From contig OZ024742.1 of assembly GCA_964016885.1 (NCBI GenBank), positions 39,742,001-39,806,000 on the forward strand: DNA of 64,000 nucleotides, given 5' to 3'. The stretch comes from Eledone cirrhosa (taxonomy: Eukaryota). The first letter of the stretch is position 1, and each line of letters starts with the position of its first letter. The position numbers were made by a program, and so were the translations under genes. Below, piece after piece: positions 1 to 13,141 of the stretch. The notes under the pieces were generated by a model. It was not told where the DNA came from, ran no database searches, and saw only the letters and a list, made by a program, of their open reading frames with translations.

Positions 1-636
1 ACATATATATACACCAGGTCCGAACACAAAGGAGCCAAACCTTCATTGTCACTGCTTCCTTCTCTTCCGATCTCCCTATCTCTCACTATTATGAGCAAAT
101 GGGGGACCACGCGCTGGCTGCCCCGCGGGCCCGGCGGACAGAATAGAGAAGGCCTTTTCCCGGAGGATGGTGAGGGAGACGTGCTGGAAGTGCTATTCCA
201 GCTTGGGTGTCTCACACCTGAAGATGAGCCGATGGTGATGAGTAGGCCTTAGGGCCAAAGACACCAGAAGTCTCAAATTGGACCATGAAAATAAGTTTTC
301 CACTATTTTTTCCAATGTTGATTTTATTGATCGCAACTCTTGGTAGGAAGAGTCTGTATTTGATCTCACAGCGCGCGTACAAAGCCGGATAGGATACCAC
401 AAATCATCCTGTGAGTCCCTCTAATAATTCTGCCAATTCTCTGTCAATCACCTAGGCAAGATTCGAACTTCGAGCGCAGCGAGCCGCAACAAATACGAAC
501 GCATTTAACCCGACACTGTAACGACTCTACTACCAATTCACCTGTAACGAGATTAAATAGTATTCAATTAGTTGAATTAGAGGGTTGAGAACCTTCACAC
601 CTCATACTAACTTCCTTAAAAATCATATACACGTCA

Positions 637-679
637 TATACATATATGTATATGCCGTGTCTGTGTGTATATATATAAA

Positions 680-711
<32 letters not shown>

Positions 712-975
712 CGCGTGTGTGTGTTTTTAAAACGAACATGCATATAGATAGCTAGAGAAGCATATACATACATACACACACATACACACACATATATATA
801 TATATATTCATATATGTATTTATAAATATATATGTATATGTATATATATGTATATATGTATATATGTATATGTATATATATATATATGTATATATATGTA
901 TATATATATGTATATATACATATATGTATATATATGTATATATATATATATGTATATATATGTATATATATATAT
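637..975. repeat. (TA)n/(TATG)n microsatellite (representative of dozens of AT/AC tracts in the window)
   Basis: Visible dinucleotide and tetranucleotide runs; these produce the spurious YI/MY-rich ORFs in the track. Confidence 0.95.
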
Positions 976-1156
976 AATTGTTTCTACTTTTGGTACAAGG
1001 CCAGCAATTATCTCAGAGCATTACCGGTACTTTATTTTATCGACCCCGTAAGGATGAAAGGCAAAGTAAACGTCGGCGGGATTTGAACTCAGAACGTAAA
1101 GGGCCATAACTCTATGTCGTAAAGCATGGTGTCTGACGCTCTACCGATACTGCCAA
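976..1156 (-). mobile_element. tRNA-derived SINE, family A
   Basis: Minus strand reads TGGCAGTATCGG (A-box-like), GAGTTCAAATCC (B-box), body CTTTGCCTTTCATCCTTACGGGGTCGATAAAATAAAGTACC and tail GTAGAAACAATT; more than 10 copies in the window. Confidence 0.85.
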
Positions 1157-1185
1157 ATATATATAATATTAATTAATATGTGTGC

Positions 1186-1238
<53 letters not shown>

Positions 1239-1239
1239 C

Positions 1240-1291
<52 letters not shown>

Positions 1292-1697
1292 TAATATGTG
1301 TGTATATATATATATATATATAAATTAATGTGTGCATATATATATATATAATTAATATGTGTGTATATATATATATATGCACACATATTAATTTTAAGAA
1401 AGCAATATTCTGAACTTCCTCATGTAGAATTTTAACATTTATATTACTTCATAAAAATAAGAATTTCAGGAGCGATTTCCTTTTTGCTATTTCTTCGTCA
1501 GGATTTCTGCTTGGCAAGACTATGTCGACGTCATCAGAGACATCCCGAGTTAAGTTATCACCACCACATATCATGTAGACTGATAAGTGTTGCTTACTAG
1601 AGGTTTCTAGATAAGATATACCGGAAATTGTTTAACTCTATAGATTGGCATACTGACAGGGGTGGGTGGGGGGGTGGGGGGAGAGAGGTATGTGAAA

Positions 1698-1734
<37 letters not shown>

Positions 1735-1786
1735 AGAAGAAGAAGAAGAAGAAGAAGAAGAAGAAGAAGAAGAAGAAGAAGAAGAA
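1698..1786. repeat. compound (GAC)n(GAA)n microsatellite
   Basis: Direct inspection. Confidence 0.95.
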
Positions 1787-3463
1787 ATCGCAGAGTCACT
1801 AGAACGACGGATAGAACGCTTTGTGTTGTTCGTTCCGACTCTCTGTTTCTTGAGTTCAAATCCCGTCGAGATCAACTTAACCTTTCATCCATTAAAGCTC
1901 GATAAACAAAAGTACCAGTCTATTACTAGGGTCGATTCCTCCTTTATATCTCTTTCTCACTTCCTTTCTTTCGCTTTTTAGCCTCCTCTGGAAGAAATCT
2001 GCTGTATTCAGACCTGATGAGTGGATGAGCCCAGTCATGTTTTAAAATGACCAAGAAACGCCGTATGTTAATATGGCGTCCCTACGACCCCATAAGGAGT
2101 TACACAAGAAAGAATATAGTTCTTATGAAATATCTTTACCACTTAAAAACGGAACTTCGTCGATTTCGACAAGCAGTGTTCCATTCTGCTCATGAAGTTT
2201 ACATGTAAGTATTACACAAACATGTACCCTTAACGGGATTCTCAAGGAGATTCTGTGCGCCACTATTTTATTGAATGAGGAAGCATACTTTACGTACAAG
2301 TCATAAAATGGTATACATTTATTTTCAAAAATATTATTTTTGTTTTGTTATGTTTGACGAACAGAATACTCAGGAAATTAACGTGTTCTCTCAGGTCTTG
2401 TATAATGACCCCCCCCCCCCCCCTCGCTTATTAAATTTTGCTAATCTATATCAGCGAAATGTTATTGTAAGTGATTCGTATTGATACAGCAACTGGAGAA
2501 TCTAATCATTATTTTATTTTACATTAAAAAAACATTATATATGACAAAACAAGAACATTACAAGAAATCCTATATTTACGAACGTAAATATGGCATCATT
2601 CCGTTTATTCCCCCAACCCCGGCTTATAGAAATTTATTCCACCCGCTATTATTTGTGACCCGAGAATAGGTGTCTGAACATTGCACAGACACGTGCACTT
2701 CTAACGTAATTCTCGGGGAAATTCTGTATGACACAATATGTGGCAAGGCATTAAAGATAGTATTAAAGGTATTAAAGATTTGTATTAAAGCTAGAGGCCA
2801 TCTTGTAATATATTATAAGTGATAGAGCATTCCACAGACACGTGTACTCTTAACATAATTCTCGTGAAGATTCAGCGTTATACAACTTGTGACAAGCCTT
2901 GTCCTTTTAATTACAAGTACTCTCCATCCGACTGGCTTCCAATCTTTTGTCGTTCAACCCAATTTCACAAGGTATGGCTCCTTCTGGAGCTATGGTAAAT
3001 AACGCTTGCCCAAGATGCTATGCCGTAGGATTGAACCCAAGAACCTCATAACCTCTTTGTCATGATACGTCAACATGACATGAAAACATGTAGAAGAGGA
3101 GGGGGAAGGGGAGAGTGATTGAGACAAGGTGATCAGGAAAAGAGGAAGAGAGAGAGATGGAAAGAGGGAGAGTTTACGTGCGTGTATGTGTGTGTATGTG
3201 TGTGTGTGTTAACGACATATAGATATATGTGTGTCTATATGTCCATATGCTCATTCATTCTGAACCATATTATGCTTGTTCTATTTCTAACACAAACACA
3301 CACGCTCACACGCACACATACATACACACGCACACGCACGCTCACACACACACACACAAACGCACGCTCACACACACACACTCACACATGCACACACTCA
3401 CACACGTAAACGTTTACACAAACACAAACATATACAGACTCACACATGTATATATGTATATAT

Positions 3464-3579
<116 letters not shown>

Positions 3580-4034
3580 GTATGTTTGTGTATTTATGCT
3601 TCGTTATGTGGGTATGCGTGTATGCGTGCGTGTGTGCATGTGTGTGTGTGTGTATGTATGTGTGTTTGCGGTGTGTTTATGTGTGTTTGTAAATAAATAT
3701 ATGTATATTTCATTGTTTTACGTTTTTCATATTTGAATTATTTTGTTTGAATATTTTTCTTTCCACTTAATTTAAATTTATTAATGCATTTATTTAAATT
3801 TATTTATATATTTAATTATTCATTATGTATTTATTAGTTTATTGTTTGAAATGTAAGGAAACACTTGAAATGAATACTTCATTTATACATATATTATACA
3901 TAATGGATGGTAACGTCACATCGGTGTGAAATGAAATTACGTGGAAGAAATTTGTAAAACCTATTATTTAGTGTGGAATAATATTGAAAGATGTGTCATG
4001 CATGAGGCACTACTATAAGTCTTTGGTAAAGATC

Positions 4035-4362
4035 CCCTTTCACTCGCGAATGACCATGGGATTTGCACCTAGAAGGTTCCCCTCCGAGGTACAAGTCCGG
4101 GCAAGTTTATTTTGTGGAAGACCAGCAGTCGCCCATGCATACCAGTCTCCCCTCTCCACACCACCGATGTTGTCCAAGGGAAAGGTAATGGCCGATACAG
4201 CTTGGCACCAGTGACGTCACAACTCATTTCTACAGCTGAGTGTGCTGGGCAACGTGAAATAAAGTGTCTTGCTCAAGAACACAACGCAAAGCCCGGTCCG
4301 AGAATCGAATTCATAACCTCACGATTGTAAGTCCGACGCTCTAACCACTAAGCCATGCACCT
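4035..4362 (-). mobile_element. tRNA-derived SINE, family B
   Basis: Minus strand starts GGTGCATGGCTTAGTGGTTAGAGCG and continues TTCGATTCTC...TTGAGCAAGACACTTTATTTCACGTTG; related copies at 24467, 42220 and 49113. Confidence 0.75.
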
Positions 4363-4602
4363 TTGGTTACCAGTCAAATACTGCGGCCTATTTAACCGAC
4401 TTTCCATTCTCCCCAAATTGCTGATGTATGTTAGACTTTTAACCACGTAATTATTAACTCATGTTCATCTATAATACTTTTACTAAAGCAGTGTATTACG
4501 TATGGATGAATACATTCTTGAACATTGGAATCCAATTTCCATTACATTTATCAGCATGACTTAAGTATCACTTTGCAAATTATGATGTTCTTGTTGTGTA
4601 GA

Positions 4603-4977
4603 CAGCACCGGATTTACAAATAGGCTATATAGACTGCGACCCAGGGCCTCATAATCCAGGGGCCTCGATATGTTTTAAATATCTATTAAAATACATATCA
4701 AAATATAGCCATGAAATACGACATTTTTATCAAAAATTAAAATATTATGATTGTTATTAAATACATTTCTCTCTCTCACTTTTTTTTTGGGGGGGGGGGG
4801 GGGGGGGATTTAGCTGTATTTTAGAATTTGGTGTGGATCAATGCTGGAATCTCAACATCGTTCTATGTTTGACCTACATTTATGTACTTTTAATTTTCAT
4901 TAAGCTTCTTGCAAGCGGGTGCTAGAACCTTAAATTTTCTCTAGCCCAGGTTTCCTAATTGCTTTAATCCAGCTCTG
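4603..4977. mobile_element. putative MITE
   Basis: Imperfect terminal inverted repeats CAGCACCGGATTTA / TAATCCAGCTCTG around an AT-rich interior. Confidence 0.4.
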
Positions 4978-5399
4978 TAGACGCAGTTGAGCTCTCAACC
5001 AAGAAAGCAAGGCTTCATATACGGTAGCTAATTTTTGGCTGCTAATTGTAGCCGGACGAGTGACTGTGTATAGGGTAATTACGATTACATTATTATATTC
5101 TAATCAATATCTTGAGTCTTAAGTTACATTGGATTCATATTTTTAGAATTATGTAACAATATTCACATGCGTTATTTTAAATTTGAAACGTAAGTTCTAA
5201 TTTTATAAATTAAGTTTACAGTTATAAACCGAATGTTTTAATTATATATACACATACATAATACATACATACATATATGTATATATACATATATATATAT
5301 ACATACATACATATATATACATAATACATACATATATACATACACATATATATATATATATACATACATATATATATACATACATATATATATATACAT

Positions 5400-5452
<53 letters not shown>

Positions 5453-6294
5453 ATTTCTCCTGTGTCTTGAACTCTCCATTTAATAGACAACGACTCTTGT
5501 TTGTTTATTTATATCTTTACATCTTTATTTGCTGTATTAATGCTCCTCCACGTATTCTACCTCTATACATCCATGTACTTTCTACTTCCCTTATTCGGAC
5601 TTTTACTCGCGTGTACCCTCAGCACACGTCACTGGAATATTTCCCCCTGGGAACATAAATACCGCAACCTGAACTATATTGTATTTCTCCTGTCTCTTGA
5701 ACTCTACATTTACTAGACAACGACTATTGTTTGTTTATCTATATCTTCACATCTTTGTTTGCTGTATTAATGTCCTGATTTCTCCATCTTACTCCAACAC
5801 CACTCTTGTTGGTTTATTTACATGTTTATACCTGTATATTGATATGTTTATATATTTATACCTCTGCTGTACCAATGTGCTCTTCCACGTATTCCACTTC
5901 TATGTATCCATGTATTTCTACCCCTCACATTGGGACCTGTACCCATTAGCTCTTCCACGTATTCCACTTCTATGTATCCATGTATTTCTACTCCTCACAT
6001 TGGGACCTGTACCCATTAGCACACGACACTAGAATGTCTCCTCCTGAGAACAAAAATTAAACATTACACGACTATATCCCGTACTCTACATCCCACTAGG
6101 ATAAATTACAGATCTACATAATACAATTAACGTTTCTTCATAAAAGACTATTTAATTAAACCCCGCAACCCAAAACCTCATAGAAGTTATTTGAATGTCT
6201 AATCTTCAATTTTCTGTTTGTTCAATTCTCAATCCTCTTACTCCTTAGTTTCATAATGTCATTCTGAATTCTTTCAACTTCATCCGATAGAGTT

Positions 6295-7820
6295 AAGCAA
6301 AATTCTAAAGTTCCAACTTTCTGTCGGACCGTTGGGTGGGTTTTAGCGGCGGCGCGACCAGCTCCCTGGCGAACGGGCTCACCTGGAGTGCTTGGAAAAA
6401 TAAATTCCCCTTCTTTCAGTAAATGAAAATACTCGGCGTGGCCTAATTAGCCATGGGGCCTGGGGCGCGGCCGGTGTTTTAACCGCCAAATAGTACCTTT
6501 AAATTACAGAACAAATCGGAACTATTATATATATCAACCTGAAACTGTTGAGCTTTAAGTTTTCTAACCTCTTTAATATGGAATATTGATTATTAATTTA
6601 TTAATTTTTTAACTTCATCCTATAAGTCTAAACATTGTAACACACTGACCCCCAATATATTCACCTCTGCTAAGATGCGAGTCCCTGTGAAAATTTTGTC
6701 GCGCCACTCCTGGCCCGACTGTGGTGTGACATTAATATCGACCTTCCTTCCTCTCTCTTTCTATCTTCCTTCTTGTAGCTATCAACCATTACTCTTTTAC
6801 TTCTCTAAGCTAAATTTTAAAGTTCCAACTTTCTGTCGGACTGTTGGGTGGGTTTTAATGGCGGCGCGACCAGCTCTGTGGCGAACGAGCTCACCTAGAG
6901 TGCTTGGAAAAATAAATTTCCCCTTCTTTCAGTAAATGAAAATACTCGGCGTGGCTTAATTAGCCATGGGGCCTGGGGCGCGACCGGTGTTTTAACCGCC
7001 AAATAGTACCTTTGAATTACAGAACAAATCGGAACTATTATATATATCAACCTGAAACTGTTGAGCTTTAAGTTTTCTAACCTCTTTAATATGGAATATT
7101 GATTATTAATTTATTAATTTTTTAACTTCATCCTATAAGTCTAAACATTGTAACACACTGACCCCCAATATATTCACCTCTGCTAAGATGCGAGTCCCTG
7201 TGAAAATCGTGTCGCGCCACTCCTGGCCCGACTGTGGTGTGACATTAATATCGACCTTCCTTCCTCTCTCTTTCTATCTTCCTTCTTGTAGCTATCAACC
7301 ATTACTCTTTTACTTCTCTAAGCTAAATTTTAAAGTTCCAACTTTCTGTCGGACTGTTGGGTGGGTTTTAATGGCGGCGCGACCAGCTCTGTGGCGAACG
7401 AGCTCACCTAGAGTGCTTGGAAAAATAAATTTCCCCTTCTTTCAGTAAATGAAAATACTCGGCGTGGCTTAATTCGCCATGGGGCCCGGGGCGCGGCCGT
7501 TGTTTTAACCGCCAAATAGTACCTTTAAATTACAGAACAAATCGGAACTATTATATAATTAATTGTTAAACTGTTGAACTTTAAATTTTCTAACCTCTTT
7601 AATATTGAATATTGATTATTAAATTTTTTTAACTTCATCCTAGAAGTCTAAACACTGTAAAACACTGACTCCCAATATATCCATCTCCGCTAAGATGCGG
7701 GTCCCTGTGAAAATTTTCTCGCGCCACTCCTGGCTTGACTGTGGTCTGACATTAATATCGACCTTTCTTCCTCTTCCTTTCTATCTTCCTTCTTGTAGCC
7801 ATCAACCCTTACTTTTTCTC
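6295..7820. repeat. tandem repeat, about 3 x 513 bp
   Basis: Near-identical units; repeated ORF starts at 6675, 7188 and 7695 give a period of 513/507 bp. Confidence 0.95.
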
Positions 7821-8178
7821 TCCTCTCCCCCTCCCTGCAGACTTATCTTCCTTCCCCCTCTTGCTTGCCTATATCTGACCAGTAGTAGTTACCTTCCTCT
7901 TTTAGCTGACATTAACCCTGACTTCTCTTCTTCTTTCTTCCCCCTTCTTCTCCTTCCTTTCTTTCTTTCTTTTACCTTGTGTCATGGGATCGACGTTAAC
8001 CTATGCTCCCATCTCTTTCTGTTTTCGTTCATCTGACCGGTAGTAGCATACTATAAAATTTAGCCACGTCACTCCAGGGCGACTGGCTGAGGTTGAAGGA
8101 ACAGAATAGCGGTCGCCCTCGGGTCTCGATTTTCAGCCCCATGGATTTTACCTATTACATTCACGTATTATATTTCGA

Positions 8179-8236
8179 ATACCTGATGATATCACCGGAT
8201 TCATAAGGAACCCGGTCATTGAAATGATCATAGTAT
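8179..8236 (+). ncRNA. type I hammerhead ribozyme motif
   Basis: ATAC-CTGATGA-stem II (ACCGG/CCGGT, TTC/GAA)-GAA-ATGATCAT (palindromic stem III)-A^-GTAT, followed by AATAAA. Confidence 0.75.
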
Positions 8237-8434
8237 AATAAACCTTTCAAGGATTTACACAAATCCAGCCTCCTGTCATTTCATTATAATATTTAACTCC
8301 GTAATAGCACCACCAACTACAAAAACAAAGACGGTTGAACTGCTTTACGTTGAGTACTCTCTATATTATTGCATTACGATTGACCATACGGAATAGACCA
8401 GCTCTATACAGTGGTGAACCTCAAACCTGAATAA

Positions 8435-8473
<39 letters not shown>

Positions 8474-8785
8474 TATACATATATATATACATATATATAT
8501 ACACAGTTCAAGAGTAACCAATCTTAAAGAGAGAGATGGAGATAGGAGAGGAGAGATTGGTGAGTTAGTTAGAAGCCAAAGCGTAAAGGCATGTGCTCAA
8601 TGTGCAATATGCAGTAGAAAGCAGCTAGGTGGCTGGGTTCATGCAGAAGTTAGGCGCGCAGAGCTGGAAATATTCATTAGTTAAGCAAAACAAGACCACA
8701 AATTTCACAAGGAAGACATTATTAAAAGATTGTCAACATATTTTAGTTTGATGTAAGGAATGTAGAGAATAAAATAATAATGTCC

Positions 8786-8904
8786 GTTTACAATTGTTTC
8801 GCTACTCCAAATAATATTTCTGGATCAAATGACTATATATCATTATTGATCTGGTTCAGTTGAAAATAATTAACACATTTAAAGATAGAGCGGCTCATCG
8901 GAAC
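8786..8904 (-). ncRNA. hammerhead variant with long stem II insertion
   Basis: Minus strand: GTT-CCGATGA-GCCGCTCTA...TGGAGTAGC-GAA-ACAATTGT-A^-AAC. The core has a U4C change. Confidence 0.55.
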
Positions 8905-9085
8905 TTCAAAGGAATATAAATTAAAATAAGGAAAGAATGTTACATAATGTAATGTTCCATATATTGGTATTTCACTATGGTGTCCTGGGTGTATCAATTG
9001 TCTGCCATAATCAAGCAGTATTCTTCTGTCGAGGCTGCATTGTGTGAGATCTGCCTATGGGTAACAAGATGGCCGCCAATATTAG

Positions 9086-9278
9086 GGCGGTGAATTGGCA
9101 GTATCGGTAGAGGGTTGGACGCCATGCTTTCTAGCATAGTTACGTCCCTTTACAGTCTGAGTTCAAATCCCGCCGAGGTTAACTTTGTCTTTCATCCTTA
9201 CGGCGTCGATAAAATAAAGTACCAGTAAATGTACTGGTTATTTCTGGCCTTGTGCCTAAAGTAGAAACAATTATTATT
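9086..9278 (+). mobile_element. tRNA-derived SINE, family A
   Basis: GGCGGTGAATTGGCAGTATCGG...GAGTTCAAATCC...GTAGAAACAATTATT, same family as 976-1156. Confidence 0.85.
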
Positions 9279-9406
9279 AATATTATTATTTTATTCTCTA
9301 CATTCCTTACATCAAACTAAAATATGTTGACAATCTTTTAATAATGTCTTCCTTGTGAAATTTATGGTCTTGTTTTGCTTAACTAATGAATATACATATA
9401 TATATA

Positions 9407-10086
9407 TGGTGGCTGCCAACTCGTTTTCGAGTACGGCCACTACTTTATATCCATGTAGGAGAACCCCTACCGATGCGCTAAACAAGTGTGACTTTTTAGT
9501 CCAGCCAGCGACTTGAAAACTCTGGTACAAACACTACACCTGTGACAATTATTGACACATAGTGATGGGCCTATGGCACCATGTGACGACAAGTGCAGAG
9601 AGATCTCCAGATATAAAGCAATGCCTGTGTCGTGAAGCTTTTATAGTGAGCAAAGGCTCTGCACAAAGCCAGTCCCACTCTCTTAACCAAGATGATATTT
9701 ACCAAAAAGAAGAACAAGTCAACATCATTGGATACCATCAGGGTTGCAGGTGTTATATCAGAGTTTTCCTTCTAGAATTCAGCCTTGACAAAGGCTAAGG
9801 GGTCATCTCTCCCGGATATATATATACATACATACACATATATATATATACATGGTGGCTGCCAACTCGTTTTCGAGTACGGCCACTACTTTATATCCAT
9901 GTAGGAGAACCCCTACCGATGCGCTGTAAAAGCTTCACGGCACAAGCATTGCTTTATATCTGGAGATCTCTCTGCACTTACCGTTACATGGTAACATGGG
10001 GCCAGCACTATGTGTCAATAATTGTCGCAAGTGTAGTGTTTGTACCAGAGTTTTCAAGTCGCAGGCTGGACTAAAAAGTCACACTC
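9407..10086 (-). mobile_element. non-autonomous RTE-derived element, truncated and partly inverted copies
   Basis: Same sequence as 11478-12743; encodes a [18 protein letters not shown]2H2-like motif typical of RTE LINE C-termini; 9926-10086 is inverted. Confidence 0.6.
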
Positions 10087-10115
10087 ATATATATATATAT
10101 ACATACATATACGTA

Positions 10116-10147
<32 letters not shown>

Positions 10148-10196
10148 CACACATACATACATATACATATATATATAAGCAAGGGGATATTATATA

Positions 10197-10341
<145 letters not shown>

Positions 10342-10347
10342 TTATAT

Positions 10348-10390
<43 letters not shown>

Positions 10391-10412
<22 letters not shown>

Positions 10413-11234
10413 AAATTAAGATAATCAAAATTATGGGTGTCATGCCAGAAAGACATGCGCCATATCACCCGCAAAATAAGCTCTAAGATTCTAACGAATA
10501 GGTCCGAGCATTTTATAATAACTAGAAATTGATTAACATATAAATAAACATGAATAATCACAGGAGATAATTTTTAGAAGTGTGTAAACACACATAGCTA
10601 GGCAGGTAACTAAATAAAGTTAACCAGAACTTCAAAAATAGATACCTTATAATATGATTAATCTTCCCTGTATATATTCCATTAAAGAAATATATTTCAC
10701 CAATTAATCGAATGGTAAAGCATGGAGGCCGGTACTTGGATTTTCAACAAGGAAGAAGCCCAGCGATCTATGTTTACACTTCAAGTTCAAATCAGCGACT
10801 GGCCAGCAACACGTGCTGTATCTACTAGAAATACACACATCATACCAGCTTCGTCACAGTGGCGTGAATAGGGTTATCGACAACTAGAAACAGCAGTCAA
10901 ATCCTTTCAACAGAGTTAGCTCTACAATTAAGGAGCCGTATTTATATATCTATATCCAAAATTAAGATAATCAAAATTATGGGTGTCATGCCAGAAAGAC
11001 ATGCGCCATATCACCCGCAAAATAAGCTCTAAGATTCTAACGAATAGGTCCGAGCATTTTATAATAACTAGAAATTGATTAACATATAAATAAACATGAA
11101 TAATCACAGCAGATAATTTTTACAAGTTCTGGTTAACTTTATTTAGTTACCTACCTAGCTATGTGTGCTTACACACTTGTAAAAATTATCTCCTGCGATT
11201 ATTCATGTTTATTTATATGTTAATCAATTTCTAG

Positions 11235-11236
<2 letters not shown>
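10391..11236. mobile_element. non-coding ~567-bp repeat family: full unit, partial tandem copy and inverted tail
   Basis: CAAAATTAAGATAATC restarts at about 10958; about 11126-11236 is the reverse complement of internal sequence; flanked by (TA)n; second locus at 55857-56857. Confidence 0.8.
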
Positions 11237-11311
<75 letters not shown>

Positions 11312-11334
11312 CACATACACACACACACACACCG

Positions 11335-11394
<60 letters not shown>

Positions 11395-11406
11395 ATATAT
11401 ATATAT

Positions 11407-11477
<71 letters not shown>

Positions 11478-11480
<3 letters not shown>

Positions 11481-12743
11481 TGGCTGCCAACTCGTTTTCG
11501 AGTACGGCCACTACTTTATATCCATGTAGGAGAACCCCTACCGATGCGCTGAACGAATGTGACTTTTTAGTCCAGCCAGCGACTTGAAAACTCTGGTACA
11601 AAGACTACACTTGTGACCATTATTGACACATAGTGCAGGGCCCATGGTACCATGTGATGACAAGTGCAGAGAGATCTCCAGATATAAAGCAATGCCTGTG
11701 CTGTGAAGCTTTTATAGTGAGCAAAGGCACTGCACAAAGCCAGTCCCACTCTCTTAACCAAGATGATATTTACCAAAAAGAAGAACAAGTCAACATCATT
11801 GGATACCATCAGGGTTGCAGGTGTTATATCAGAGTTTTCCTTCTCCTAGAATTCTGCCTTGATAAAGGCTAAGGGGTCATCTCTCCCGGTGATTTTGGAT
11901 GGCTATTGAGTCTTAAGAGCTCCCTTGCCCTTTGACAGGTTTTGTTTTTAGTCCTGCAGGATGTCCAAAGTCACCCTCCTCACCAAGAAACCTTGGTGGG
12001 GTTGCCAGTTTAGTCGCCAACGACCCGACCATGAGACAGGTTGTACTGGGATACATGTTACCAGTAGCACCAACTGGTGACCTGACATAATATACATACA
12101 TACATATATACATACATACATATATATATATACATGGTGGCTGCCAACTCGTCTTCGAGTACAGCCACTACCTTATATCCATGTAGGAGAACCCCTACCG
12201 ATACGCTGAACGAGTGTGACTTTTTAGTCCAGCCAGCGACTTGAAAACTCTGGTACAAACACTACACTTGTGACAATTATTGACACATAGTGTTGAGCCC
12301 ATGGTACCATGTGAGGACAAGTGCAGAGAGATCTCCAGATATAAAGCAATGCCTGTGCCGTGAAGCTTTTATAGTGAGCAAAGGCACTGCGCAAAGCCAG
12401 TCCCACTCTCTTAAATAAGACGATATTTACCAAAAAGAAGAACAAGTCAACATCATTGGATACCATCAGGGTTGCAGGTGTTATATCAGAGTTTTCCTTC
12501 TTCTAGAATTCTGCCTTGACAAAGGCTAAGGGGTCATCTCTCCCTGTGATTTTGGATGGCCATTGACTCTTAAGAGCTCCTTTGCCCTTTGACAGGTTTT
12601 GTTTTTAGTCCTGCAGGATGTCCAAAGTCACCCTCCTCACCAAGAAACCTTGGTGGGGTTGCCAGTTTAGTCGCCAACGACCCGACCATGAGACAGGTTG
12701 CACTGGGATACATGTTACCAGTAGCACCAACTGGTGACCTGAC
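11478..12743 (-). mobile_element. two tandem ~610-bp non-autonomous RTE-derived elements
   Basis: Copies at 11478-12086 and 12135-12743 separated by a microsatellite; the 3' part has the RTE-like C2H2 motif and ends GGCAGCCACCA-(TA)n. Confidence 0.65.
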
Positions 12744-12766
12744 ATATATATATACATATATATATA

Positions 12767-12859
<93 letters not shown>

Positions 12860-13047
12860 CATCTGTATTTTGGTTGCTCTAGTGATGCGGTCGGACTGCC
12901 GACTGCTATATCTAATTTGCTAAGCTGTCTGAGCATAATGTTATACTCTGGGGTCTTACCTCATCTGAGTGCTAAAGCTACAAACCGAATAAGCATACAC
13001 GCTAGCTTGGTGGCCGTATATTAGAGCTTCATCTATGCTGTACTAAA

Positions 13048-13140
<93 letters not shown>

Positions 13141-13141
<1 letters not shown>

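Noticed and set aside
832-1382. YI/MY/CV/HT-rich ORFs here and throughout the ORF track
   Set aside because: They are translations of (TA)n, (CA)n and (TATG)n microsatellites, not genes.
2005-2075. CTGATGA...GAAACGCCGTA hammerhead-like motif
   Set aside because: Stem I does not pair and stem II is ambiguous; at best a decayed relic.
6340-6400. HDV-like ribozyme suggested by CCAG..CTGG-CGAA
   Set aside because: The P1/P3/L3 nested pseudoknot could not be built.
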